Assembly: GCA_965367285.1 (NCBI GenBank)
Contig: CBDUII010000001.1
Location: 1 to 27,611 of the forward strand
Reading direction: 5' to 3'
DNA: 27,611 nt
Source: an uncultured bacterium
GTDB taxonomy: Bacteria; Nitrospinota; Nitrospinia; CAJXCL01
Of the stretch, positions 1 through 9,331 are shown in pieces; within the stretch, counting starts at the first letter, position 1; every line of letters begins with the position of its first letter. The notes beneath the pieces were generated by a model that worked only from the letters and a program-made list of their open reading frames with translations, did not search any database and had not been told where the DNA came from. Made by a program: the position numbers and the translations under genes.

Positions 1-79
1 AGTACCTTTAAAGAAGAAAAACGTTCTTGGGAGTCATGCTCCCCAATCTTCGAAATTGAGGAAGCTTACCCGTATTTAG

Positions 80-1672
80 GGGAATAACCTTTGTTTCACC
101 TGCCACGAGAAAGAGAACTTCTCAAGGAAAAAAATTCACAAGCCTCAGGAGGAGGATTGCCTGAAGTGCCATAACCCTCACTCCTCGGACAACCTCCATG
201 GACTTCTCAAACCGGGTAATCAATTATGTTTGGACTGCCATGAGGTTACCGGTAAATTCAAAAATAGCCACAAAAACTATCCTGTGGAGGAAGGGACATG
301 CACGGGGTGCCATACTCCCCATTCTTCGTCTAATGAAAGACTTCTCAGAGAGAATATTCACAAACCTTTTAGTGAACTTAAATGCGACTCCTGCCATAAT
401 GCCCCTGATTCCAGGCGGCCTTTGGGAGTTAAGGCGGAAGGTGATGCCCTCTGTTACGGCTGTCATTTGAATGACAGAGAGGCTTTTAAGAAGGGGAATA
501 TCCACTCTCCTGTAAAAGATGGGCAATGCATATATTGTCATGACCCTCATACGTCTGATATCAAAAACGAGTTGAAGTCGCCTGAGACCGCCCTTTGCTA
601 TAGCTGTCACAAAAAAGACAAGGAAGAACACCAAAAGAAATTTGTGCATACTGCTATGAAAGAAAATAACTGTTCCGACTGCCACGACCCCCATGCGTCA
701 GAATATGAAAAGGGGTTAAAGGCTGCGGAGAGAGAGCTATGCTACAGGTGCCATAAGAAAGCCGGCTTCAAAAATCAGGTATCTCATTCCCCTGTTGTGG
801 ATGGAAAGTGCGGCTCATGCCATTTACCACACGCGTCTGACTATCAATATGGGCTTACTTTAGAGACGGGGCAGCTCTGCTATAGCTGCCATACGGAAAC
901 GGAAAAAAAATTCGAAAAATTCAGTATTCACACACCGGTCAAAACAGGCCACTGTACAAAGTGTCACCGGCCCCACGGATCAAACTCAGAAAATATGCTT
1001 GTAGATTTTAAAGGAACCTCTCTCTGTTTCATTTGCCACAGCCCCCTGGGAAAAGAACTGGGAGGAGATTATATACACTCTCCTTATAAAAGCGGAAATT
1101 GCAGCATTTGCCACGATTCTCACGCATCCAATAGAAGTGATCAATTAATTGATGTGGAGTCCAGGCTTTGTTATAACTGCCATAAAGATGTGAATGCGGG
1201 GGTTGTTGCTTCAAAACATGTCCATAGCCCGTTGCTGGAGGGAAAATGTACAACCTGTCATAGTCCCCATGGCGGCAAGATAAAAGGGTATTTAGTTAGA
1301 CCCACTAAATCGCTTTGCCTCGTATGCCATCAAGATATGAAAGACAAATTGTCCACCCTGGAAGAAGTAGTTCATGCGCCTGTTGAAAAAGGGAAATGCC
1401 TGAAGTGTCATCGGCCTCACTACAGCAGGAACGATGATCTGTTAATAGCTGATGATTTAGCTCTCTGCGTGGAGTGCCACGATATAGCAAATGAATTTTT
1501 CATGAAACAACACGGAAATATTCCCTTTAGCACCGGAAACTGCATGGGATGTCATGAACCCCACTCTTCAAAGAATAAAAATCTTCTTCATGAGATATCT
1601 CACAAGCCCTTCGAAGAAAAGAAATGTGAAGAATGTCATAAGAGAGAGGATTCAATAGAAAAAAATTATTGA
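80..1672 (+). CDS. Large multiheme c-type cytochrome (doubled-CXXCH / cytochrome c3-family repeats), 5' end missing
   Basis: The frame of ORF 230..1672 stays open back to 80 (GNNLCFTCH...CLKCH...CLDCH). 22 CXXCH motifs counted in 80..1672, in repeating H-x-P-V..C-xx-CH-x-PH-x-S..L..LC-xx-CH units. No start codon or signal peptide in the window. Confidence 0.93.
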   Translation, partial: GNNLCFTCHEKENFSRKKIHKPQEEDCLKCHNPHSSDNLHGLLKPGNQLCLDCHEVTGKFKNSHKNYPVEEGTCTGCHTPHSSSNERLLRENIHKPFSELKCDSCHNAPDSRRPLGVKAEGDALCYGCHLNDREAFKKGNIHSPVKDGQCIYCHDPHTSDIKNELKSPETALCYSCHKKDKEEHQKKFVHTAMKENNCSDCHDPHASEYEKGLKAAERELCYRCHKKAGFKNQVSHSPVVDGKCGSCHLPHASDYQYGLTLETGQLCYSCHTETEKKFEKFSIHTPVKTGHCTKCHRPHGSNSENMLVDFKGTSLCFICHSPLGKELGGDYIHSPYKSGNCSICHDSHASNRSDQLIDVESRLCYNCHKDVNAGVVASKHVHSPLLEGKCTTCHSPHGGKIKGYLVRPTKSLCLVCHQDMKDKLSTLEEVVHAPVEKGKCLKCHRPHYSRNDDLLIADDLALCVECHDIANEFFMKQHGNIPFSTGNCMGCHEPHSSKNKNLLHEISHKPFEEKKCEECHKREDSIEKNY

Positions 1673-1675
1673 AAA

Positions 1676-2932
1676 ATGAAAATGGCAAATAAATTCCTTG
1701 TTTTTTTATTTTATCTGGTTATGACTTGCTTTTTCAGCCTGTTTTTCCATGAAGCATCGGCTGACCCTGTCTATACGGGAAAGACTTGCTTAAGATGCCA
1801 CAAAACACTGTTAGAAAAAATACGCAAAGGAAAGACGATCCATCTTCCAGTAGCAGAGGGGAAATGCATTGTCTGTCATAATCCACACACATCAAAACAC
1901 AAAGGGCTTCTAATAAGCGCCGAGAATAAGCTCTGTAACACCTGCCATGAAAAAGATAAAACAGCTGATTTCAACCTACCTGTAATTCACGATCCTGTTA
2001 AGAAAGGGAAGTGCCTTAGTTGCCATGATCCTCATACTTCATCTAATGAAAAACTGCTTGTCAAGAATAAAGGGGAGGTCTGTTTTATATGCCATGCCAG
2101 GGAGTCCATCATGTCCGGGAAGGAATCTCATTCCCCTGTCATAAAGGGAAACTGCACTGAATGTCACCTCCCGCATTCCTCCTATAATGAGGGACTTCTA
2201 AAGGGAAAGAGTGTGGAACTTTGCTCCAGATGCCATGATGTCCAAAAAAAAGAGTTTGCTTTTGCGCACCTTAACTATTCGGTTGGAGGGTCGGACTGCT
2301 CCTCATGCCATAATCCGCATTCCTCAAATAATAAGAATCTATTAAAGGAGTTCATACACCTCCCTGTGGCGGAGAAAAAATGCGCGGCTTGTCATAACGA
2401 CGCTAACGATAAAAATCCTCTTGCATTAAAAAACAACGGGATAGATCTCTGCTACGGCTGTCACCAGGATAGTAAAAAAGGGTTTAATAAAATCAACAAC
2501 CATATTATAGGGAACAGAGAGAATTTCTGTCTGAACTGCCACAACCCGCATGCATCGGACAGAAAATCCCTGCTTGCGGCCAATGAGGATAAGGTTTGTT
2601 TCAAATGCCATTTAGATACAAAGGAACGAATTAACGCCAAATCCATCAAATCCAGGCACCCCGGGATAGAAGACTGCTCATCATGCCATTCGGCGCATGG
2701 TTCTGAAAATAACCTTTTTCTTAAAGCAAATGAACTGGATTCATGCGCCATAGGCGAATGTCACTCTGCAGAATCAACTTTTTCCCATCCCGTTGGGCCT
2801 GAGGCTATAGATCCGAGAAACAAGAAAGAAATGACCTGTATTACCTGCCATGATCCGATGGGTAGCAAATTTAAGAGTAACCTCAGATTAGACCCGGACA
2901 GTACACTTTGTGAGCAATGCCACAAGCTTTAG
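1676..2932 (+). CDS. Multiheme c-type cytochrome, 15 CXXCH + 1 CX4CH, with signal peptide
   Basis: N-terminal hydrophobic stretch ending ASA-DP; 15 canonical motifs plus CAIGECH; same repeat type as the upstream gene, 3 nt after its stop. Confidence 0.93.
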   Translation: MKMANKFLVFLFYLVMTCFFSLFFHEASADPVYTGKTCLRCHKTLLEKIRKGKTIHLPVAEGKCIVCHNPHTSKHKGLLISAENKLCNTCHEKDKTADFNLPVIHDPVKKGKCLSCHDPHTSSNEKLLVKNKGEVCFICHARESIMSGKESHSPVIKGNCTECHLPHSSYNEGLLKGKSVELCSRCHDVQKKEFAFAHLNYSVGGSDCSSCHNPHSSNNKNLLKEFIHLPVAEKKCAACHNDANDKNPLALKNNGIDLCYGCHQDSKKGFNKINNHIIGNRENFCLNCHNPHASDRKSLLAANEDKVCFKCHLDTKERINAKSIKSRHPGIEDCSSCHSAHGSENNLFLKANELDSCAIGECHSAESTFSHPVGPEAIDPRNKKEMTCITCHDPMGSKFKSNLRLDPDSTLCEQCHKL

Positions 2933-2966
2933 GAATCATGGAGATACTTATGAGGAGAGAGATGTT

Positions 2967-3887
2967 ATGAAATGGATGAAGGTCGCTGTTATCTGGTCAG
3001 TAGCGTGTCTTATTAATTTTTTTGTGGGATTCCACGCGTTTGCCGTGCAAATAGATCTGCTTGCTTCATTGAACGGAAACAAGCTGATGGGAAAGTTCAA
3101 CCAGCCATTTGCCCTGTTTTTCGATGAGAGAAAGAAAAAATTGTATGTCGCGGATACAGGCAACAACCGCATAGTTTCTTTTAATGATGAGTTTGAATAC
3201 ATAGCTGATTTTAATGCCGGCGGGGAACTTAAACATCCGAAAAGTCTGGTCAAGAACAGCCGCGATGAGTTTTTTCTTACCGGGGAAGAGGGGGGGAATG
3301 AATTATTTATTGTTGATGTCGCTCGTAAGATTTTCAGACAATTTAAAATTACAGGAGCCCCGCAGAGAGTAAACCCCATACTCCCCGGCAGACTGGCAAT
3401 CGATAAGGACGATAATCTGTATCTGGTTGATAAGGGTAACGGACGAATACTGGTGCTTGACCGGGAAGGCCTTTTCATCAGGGAGATACTGTTTAAAGAC
3501 AGATTTGTGGATTTTTCAGATGTCCGGGTCGGCAGTGACGGAAATATTTATTTGCTATCCGCACTTGAAAGAAAGGTTTATATCTTCAATAATAAAGGTA
3601 AGCTTCTCTCAAGTTTTGGCAAACGCGGCAATAAAAAACATGAGTTTGCATTCCCCATAAGTATCGCTCTTGATAATAGGGGGATTATATATGTTCTGGA
3701 TCAGCATAAGGGAAGTGTCATGGCATTTAAAAAGAACGGGGATTTTCTGGATAGTTTCTTCAAAACCGGTTGGATACCCGAAGAGCTTTACAGGCCCTAC
3801 TACTTGTGGATGGATAGTGAAAATAATTTATATATCGCGGACAAAGGAAATAATAGAATCCAGGTTTTCCACATAAAAATGAAATAA
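2967..3887 (+). CDS. NHL-repeat (beta-propeller) secreted protein
   Basis: Repeats LYVADTGNNRI, LYLVDKGNGRI, IYVLDQHKGSV, LYIADKGNNRIQVF. ATG 2967 follows GAGGAG at 2952-2957; signal peptide ending AFA. Confidence 0.88.
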   Translation: MKWMKVAVIWSVACLINFFVGFHAFAVQIDLLASLNGNKLMGKFNQPFALFFDERKKKLYVADTGNNRIVSFNDEFEYIADFNAGGELKHPKSLVKNSRDEFFLTGEEGGNELFIVDVARKIFRQFKITGAPQRVNPILPGRLAIDKDDNLYLVDKGNGRILVLDREGLFIREILFKDRFVDFSDVRVGSDGNIYLLSALERKVYIFNNKGKLLSSFGKRGNKKHEFAFPISIALDNRGIIYVLDQHKGSVMAFKKNGDFLDSFFKTGWIPEELYRPYYLWMDSENNLYIADKGNNRIQVFHIKMK

Positions 3888-3996
3888 TAGTTCAGCCACC
3901 AAGACACGAAGGCCCAAAAAGATTCAGGAGAAAGGGAGAGAGAGAAGAATAGGAGAAAATTCTTTTACATTATTCCAGGAAAGGCGGTTAATTTAA

Positions 3997-4911
3997 TTGT
4001 CACAGAAAAACTTTATATTTCAATTGGTTGTGGAATTTCCGGGACGTTTAATTATGGTGGGGATTTTATCCTTTTCCCTTTTACCGGAATACGGCTGTAA
4101 GACAGGCGCCAGGCTAAAGGAAGATGTAAAAACAGAAAATAGAGAAGCAAAAGTCGCATTGGATAAGACGGCCATTCTTGTCCCTTTCTACAAAAAGGGT
4201 TCGTTAGATTTTACAGAGCAAAACGCCAGAAGTGGAAAAGAGAGAATAGAGAGAATAGAGAAGAAGAAAAGAGAAGAGTTAGAGAGAAAAAAGAAACAGG
4301 AAAAAGAATTTAAAATGCAGGCAGAGGAACGATTTAAAGGAATGGGGGACCTTTACTGGATTCCTCCTCCAGAGAATTCAGAATTGTTTCTTGCCCTTAA
4401 AGACTTTCCAAAAGACGGTTATGGTTATCCTGATTGGGCTGCTGCCGTTAAGAGGAACACGATAAAACCAAGAGGTTCGATTAAAGGAAAAGATAAAGAT
4501 GAAGATGAAGAGCAGGGATTTAATAAAGATATTATATTTAAAATAAACGACAGGATGATGGCGAATGTCCGCTTCCCTCACAAAATTCACAATTACTGGC
4601 TTTCGTGCAAAATATGTCACCCTGGTATTTTTATAGCAAAAAAAGGAGCAAATGATGTTAAGATGACTGATATCTGGGCTGGAAAATGGTGCGGACGGTG
4701 TCACGGCAAGGTTGCATTTCCGCCTAAAGGGTTTGAAAACTGCCAGCGATGCCACAGCTCCAAACGAGAAAAGGTCTTTTTCGGTTTTTATAACCCGTCT
4801 GCCTTTCTTTCGGTTGCGTCTCTGGCTTTTTCAAACCACTCAAAAACAGACGGTATAACCCAATTCAGTTTGAAATTGCTTCAAACTCGGGAAACAGTTT
4901 ATCGTAAGTAG
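3997..4911 (+). CDS. c7-type triheme cytochrome domain protein
   Basis: GYPDWAAA, VRFPHKIHNYWLSCKICH, WCGRCH, CQRCH; TTG start after AGGAAAGG; N-terminal hydrophobic segment and charged coiled-coil. The last ~45 aa are doubtful. Confidence 0.82.
   Translation: MSQKNFIFQLVVEFPGRLIMVGILSFSLLPEYGCKTGARLKEDVKTENREAKVALDKTAILVPFYKKGSLDFTEQNARSGKERIERIEKKKREELERKKKQEKEFKMQAEERFKGMGDLYWIPPPENSELFLALKDFPKDGYGYPDWAAAVKRNTIKPRGSIKGKDKDEDEEQGFNKDIIFKINDRMMANVRFPHKIHNYWLSCKICHPGIFIAKKGANDVKMTDIWAGKWCGRCHGKVAFPPKGFENCQRCHSSKREKVFFGFYNPSAFLSVASLAFSNHSKTDGITQFSLKLLQTRETVYRK
4788..4858. repeat. Imperfect inverted-repeat element between convergent genes
   Basis: TTATAACCCGTCTG (4788-4801) pairs with CAGACGGTATAA (4847-4858) with a 2-nt bulge. 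Confidence 0.5.
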
Positions 4912-5353
4912 CCTTGAGATATTCCGGGAAAACTTTGGTGTCGCCTATTACAGGCATAAAATTGGTGTCTCCATTCCATCGCGGGACGATGTGAGTATGG
5001 ACATGGTCTTCCACCCCTGCTCCCGCCACTTTACCCAGATTCATCCCTATATTAAAACCTTCCGCTTTTAAGATAGATCGCAAAATGCGGACACTTTTCT
5101 GCGTTAAGCTATGGATTTCCAATGCGATCTCTTGATTTAATTTTGTCGGACATGACAAATGTTGGACAGGGGCAACCATAAGATGACCATTATTATATGG
5201 AAAGGTATTCATGATGATAAAAGAATATTTCCCTCGATACAGAATAAATGTTTTTGCATCATCTTTTTGTTCAAGAGCATGGCAGAAGATGCAATAATCC
5301 GGCTTTTCGCCAAGTATGTACTCTATTCTCCATGGAGCCCAAATGGTTTTCAT
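4865..5353 (-). CDS. HIT-family hydrolase (Ap4A phosphorylase/FHIT-like)
   Basis: IWAPWR N-terminus, NTFPYNNGHLMVAP, histidine triad HVHTHIVPRW. Confidence 0.92.
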   Translation of the reverse strand: MKTIWAPWRIEYILGEKPDYCIFCHALEQKDDAKTFILYRGKYSFIIMNTFPYNNGHLMVAPVQHLSCPTKLNQEIALEIHSLTQKSVRILRSILKAEGFNIGMNLGKVAGAGVEDHVHTHIVPRWNGDTNFMPVIGDTKVFPEYLKATYDKLFPEFEAISN

Positions 5354-5379
5354 TTTTTTTTATGTAAAAACTTATCTAT

Positions 5380-5437
5380 CCACTGAACACACCGAATACA
5401 CTGATTTTTTTATAATTCATTTCAGTGTATTCAGTGG
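5380..5437. repeat. 9-mer-based inverted repeat hairpin
   Basis: CCACTGAA..GAATACACTGA (5380-5404) complementary to TCAGTGTATTCAGTGG (5422-5437). Confidence 0.7.
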
Positions 5438-5444
5438 TTACTGA

Positions 5445-5879
5445 TTAAAAAATCAAATCTAAAAGTTCTTTTCCTTTGGATTGCATTTTTTCGCCATCCT
5501 GTTTTGATTTTTCGTGGTCGAAACCCAATAGATGCAGTATGCCGTGAATTAACAGTATAAATATTTCTTTTTCTACAGAGTGGCCAAGTTCATCCGCCTG
5601 TCTCATTGCCGTATCTATAGAGATAACGACATCACCTAAAATATTTGTGTTAATCCCTATGGAGTTTCCCTCTTTTTGAGAAAAAGCCAACACGTCTGTT
5701 GGCATATTTTTTTTTCGATATGTTTTATTCAGCTCTTTGATATACTCATCAGAAGTAAAAAGAATGCTGAGTTCAGAGTTATGGCAATCCAAGTTTTCTA
5801 ATATTCCGTGGATTTTCTTTTTTATTTTCGAAAAGTTTAACTTCACTTTCTTCTGCTGGTTGGATATTAGTATCTTCAA
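5445..5879 (-). CDS. ybeY: rRNA maturation endoribonuclease YbeY
   Basis: PTDVLAF, LGDVVIS, LIHGILHLLGFDH metal-binding motif; likely TTG start at 5879 after AAAGGAG. Confidence 0.93.
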   Translation of the reverse strand: MKILISNQQKKVKLNFSKIKKKIHGILENLDCHNSELSILFTSDEYIKELNKTYRKKNMPTDVLAFSQKEGNSIGINTNILGDVVISIDTAMRQADELGHSVEKEIFILLIHGILHLLGFDHEKSKQDGEKMQSKGKELLDLIF

Positions 5880-8316
5880 TGACACTCCTTTTATTTTTAA
5901 CTTCAATAGAAGGAATTTTATCCGGATAATCAACTCTCGAATGAAACATTCCGTTTAAGATACGGACAAAACTTCTTGTCATATTATACATGTCTTTTAA
6001 AGTCAGATTACACTCATCCAGTTGCCCATCTATAAATTTTTCGTTAATAATTTTTTCTACCAGCCCTTGAACACGCGATGGAGTGGGATCAGTTAACGTT
6101 CGTGAGGCAGCTTCCACAGAATCGGCTAACATAACTATTGCCGTCTCTTTAGATTGAGGTTTGGGGCCGGGATACCTGAAATGATCTTTTTTGATGGAAT
6201 GGATTTTCGGGGTTTCATTTCCTTTTGCCTTGTTATAAAAATATCGGATAAGGTCGGTCCCATGATGTTCTAAAATAAAATCCACCAAACCGGGCTGCAG
6301 CTTATTTTTTTTTGCTAAATCAACGCCATCTTTAATATGGGATATGATAATTAAACTGCTCATGTTCGGGTTTAATTTGTCATGTTTATTAACACCTCCC
6401 ATAAGGTTTTCGCTAAAATATTCTGGTTTTGTGATTTTACCTATATCGTGATAATAAGAGCCGACACGGGCCAGGAGGTAGTTGGCATTCACGGATTTGG
6501 CGGCTTCTTCAGCCAGACTGCCTACAACCATACTATGTTGATAAGTACCGGGAGCATGGATAAGCATTTCTCGAAGCAGGTTATGGTTCAGGTTGGAAAG
6601 CTCCAGTAATTTTATGTTTGAAGTAACACCGAAAAAATATTCCAGCAGCGGCAATAAAGACGACACAACTATAGCTGCTATAATGCCGCCCATAAACCCC
6701 ATGCCAACATCTGATACAAATTGAAGAGAAAAAGAAGTCGCGCTGATCAAATGTATTGTTATGATCGTAATCACATTAACCAGGCTTATAAGAAATCCGG
6801 CGCCTAAAATCGATAGACGTCCTACATACTGGCTCTCTCTGAAAACAATGCATAAGCTTCCTGTCAGCGCGAACAAGGCATAATATATTTGTCCTTCCAG
6901 CATTAATCCGGTAAAAATAAAAGTTATTATGGTAAAAATGACGCCGATATCTACTCCAAATAACATGGCAACCAGCATTGGCCCGGCAGCATAAGGGACG
7001 GCATAATAATAAGATTGCGCTTCGATAAAACCCATATAATCCGATAATGCATGAGAAATACTAATAAACAATTTGCAGATAATCATGCTGCACAAAAGAA
7101 TGACAGCCATTAGCATGACATTGCTTTTCTTATCGACAATAATAGATTTAAATCTTTTCAGGTAAGACCAAAACAAAAAACCCGCTAAAGATACAAAAAT
7201 AAAAATACCGGTTGTAGATAAAACTGCGCTGCGAAAATTCCTTTTTGATGAAAGACCGGTTAGTTTGATTAAATGCTCCTGTGTGATTTTCTCTCCTTCT
7301 CGAACAACCATTTCCCCTTTTTTTATTTGGGAAAAAACCGGTTTAACCGTTTCAGCCGCAATTCTCTTTCTGTGCTCTGTTTCACTGCTGTTAAAAGTGA
7401 GGTTGGGTTGGATAAATTCCTTACAAATCAGAAGTATTACTCGCTGAAGCGCTTTATGATCTTTATTGACTGTTTGTTTAATCTCCTTAGCCAGGTAAGC
7501 CTCTGCTTCCCTGATATCTTTAATTTCAAAAAACTTTTTTTGTATATGCTCTTCACCGGAGATTATATCCCTGATCAAGATACCTCTATTGTTCTTAAGG
7601 CTTATAGTCTTTTTGCTGCTCACCAACCCTCTATTCATAACAGAATTTAGTAAATATTGAATCTGTTCAACTATTTTCGGATTATAATGATGCCATTTCA
7701 GGGTTTTTAACGATTTTTTCGGTAGATCTATTTCAAGAGCGGTTTTAAACGCAGCCACTTTATCGGCAAAAAAACTATTGATTTCAATCGAAAAAAAATC
7801 TTTATCAATTTCATCTTTAAGATTTTGAAATAACTCTCTTTCCTCTATTGAGATTACTTCATCTGAAACAGACAAAAATTCATTAACTTCATTAAATTTT
7901 TCATAAATACCCGGATATGATTCCGTGTAAAGCGTCTGCATGACAGAAAACGCAGAGGATATTATTTTATTAATTTCAGTAACTATATTTGGATTGTAAT
8001 CATAAACAGGCAAAGAGTTCTGTACGGCCTCGCTTCTGTTTTTTTCAGTCGAAATTTTATCTTCAACCAGATAGCCTTCACTCGCTTTGATGTTTTTAGA
8101 CGCAATATCGCCAATCCCCAGGCTACTTAATTGTGCTGGAAATGAAGGAGCCAAAATATAACTGATAATTACCAGAAATAGAAAAATAGAAATTCCACGC
8201 AGGAAAAAAGCAAGGCTATTTTTATTTGGAAACGCGATTTCTTTCAGAGGAGATTTTGAAATGTTTTTTTTTGTAAAATAAGCTTTAACAATATTTTTTT
8301 TCTTCGTATTTTTCAT
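5779..8316 (-). CDS. 7TM-HD (HDIG) phosphohydrolase, PgpH/YqfF-like cyclic di-AMP phosphodiesterase family
   Basis: N-terminal TM, large extracellular region, multi-TM block, APGTYQHS, YYHDIGK, HHGT, PKPQSKETAIVMLADSVEAA; sits in the phoH-HD-ybeY context. Confidence 0.9.
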   Translation of the reverse strand: MKNTKKKNIVKAYFTKKNISKSPLKEIAFPNKNSLAFFLRGISIFLFLVIISYILAPSFPAQLSSLGIGDIASKNIKASEGYLVEDKISTEKNRSEAVQNSLPVYDYNPNIVTEINKIISSAFSVMQTLYTESYPGIYEKFNEVNEFLSVSDEVISIEERELFQNLKDEIDKDFFSIEINSFFADKVAAFKTALEIDLPKKSLKTLKWHHYNPKIVEQIQYLLNSVMNRGLVSSKKTISLKNNRGILIRDIISGEEHIQKKFFEIKDIREAEAYLAKEIKQTVNKDHKALQRVILLICKEFIQPNLTFNSSETEHRKRIAAETVKPVFSQIKKGEMVVREGEKITQEHLIKLTGLSSKRNFRSAVLSTTGIFIFVSLAGFLFWSYLKRFKSIIVDKKSNVMLMAVILLCSMIICKLFISISHALSDYMGFIEAQSYYYAVPYAAGPMLVAMLFGVDIGVIFTIITFIFTGLMLEGQIYYALFALTGSLCIVFRESQYVGRLSILGAGFLISLVNVITIITIHLISATSFSLQFVSDVGMGFMGGIIAAIVVSSLLPLLEYFFGVTSNIKLLELSNLNHNLLREMLIHAPGTYQHSMVVGSLAEEAAKSVNANYLLARVGSYYHDIGKITKPEYFSENLMGGVNKHDKLNPNMSSLIIISHIKDGVDLAKKNKLQPGLVDFILEHHGTDLIRYFYNKAKGNETPKIHSIKKDHFRYPGPKPQSKETAIVMLADSVEAASRTLTDPTPSRVQGLVEKIINEKFIDGQLDECNLTLKDMYNMTRSFVRILNGMFHSRVDYPDKIPSIEVKNKRSVIEDTNIQPAEESEVKLFENKKENPRNIRKLGLP

Positions 8317-9256
8317 AAGCCTTAATTACCTTTTTTACAATATCATTTCTTATGACATCCCGATCGCTGAAATGAATAAACTCAATATCTTTGATCCCCT
8401 TAAGAATATGCTGTGTTTCAACCAGGCCGGATTTCTGATGGACGGGCAAGTCGATTTGAGTAATATCTCCTGTAATAACTATTTTAGAGTTAAACCCTAA
8501 CCGGGTCAAAAACATCTTCATTTGTTCCGGAGTGGAATTTTGAGCTTCGTCCAGAATAATAAAGGAATCGTTCAAGGTTCTCCCTCTCATAAAGGCTAAT
8601 GGAGCAATTTCCACCATACCGTTTTCAATCATCTGTCGCGCTTGTTCCATACCCACCATATCGTAGAGCGCGTCATAAAGAGGCCTTAAATAGGGGTTAA
8701 TTTTTTCTAAAATATCTCCGGGCAGATAACCAAGTTTTTCCCCAGCTTCAACAGCAGGTCTCACGAGGACAATCCGTCCGAATTTTTTTTTCTGCAATGC
8801 CGAAACTGCTTTTGCCATAGCAAGATATGTTTTCCCTGTTCCGGCAGGGCCGATCCCAATTACTACATCAAAATTGTCTACAGCATAGATGTATTCATAC
8901 TGGACTATGCTCCTTGGTGTTATATAGCCTTTTTCTGAAGCGATTTCAATACGTTCTGAAAATATTTTTTTTATATCCGGATTATCATTTTCTTCCCACA
9001 GATTTAGAATAAACTTAAAATCCGGGTTTCTAAAAATAAAATCATTTGTTAATAAATCAAGCAGATTTTGTAAAAGCCGATATACTTTGGATACATCCTC
9101 CTTCTCCCCTTTGATAATAATACAATCTTTTCCTGTAGTAATCCTTACCTTGAATTTCTTCTCAATAAGATTTAAATGCTGATCTTTCACTCCGAAAAGT
9201 TTTTTCAGGTGGTAATTATGTTCAAGGGATAGCTTTTGTGTAAAAAATTCGCTCAA
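8285..9256 (-). CDS. phoH: PhoH-like ATPase
   Basis: GPAGTGKT, RPAVEAGEKLGYLPGD, APLAFMRGRTL, DEAQN, GDITQIDLP. Confidence 0.95.
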   Translation of the reverse strand: MSEFFTQKLSLEHNYHLKKLFGVKDQHLNLIEKKFKVRITTGKDCIIIKGEKEDVSKVYRLLQNLLDLLTNDFIFRNPDFKFILNLWEENDNPDIKKIFSERIEIASEKGYITPRSIVQYEYIYAVDNFDVVIGIGPAGTGKTYLAMAKAVSALQKKKFGRIVLVRPAVEAGEKLGYLPGDILEKINPYLRPLYDALYDMVGMEQARQMIENGMVEIAPLAFMRGRTLNDSFIILDEAQNSTPEQMKMFLTRLGFNSKIVITGDITQIDLPVHQKSGLVETQHILKGIKDIEFIHFSDRDVIRNDIVKKVIKAYEKYEEKKYC

Positions 9257-9331
9257 TGGGAAGGAACAACCTTTTTTATTTTAATAAATAAAATAAAATT
9301 ACCATAATTTTAGAAAGATATCAAACGAGAT

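Noticed and set aside
198-3876. Alternative-frame and antisense ORFs (198..470, 224..694, 1029..1253, 1305..1490, 2426..2611, 2461..2751, 2948..3478, 3427..3660, 3670..3876)
   Set aside because: They lie within well-supported cytochrome and NHL genes and show no motifs; the same applies to similar nested ORFs elsewhere in the window.
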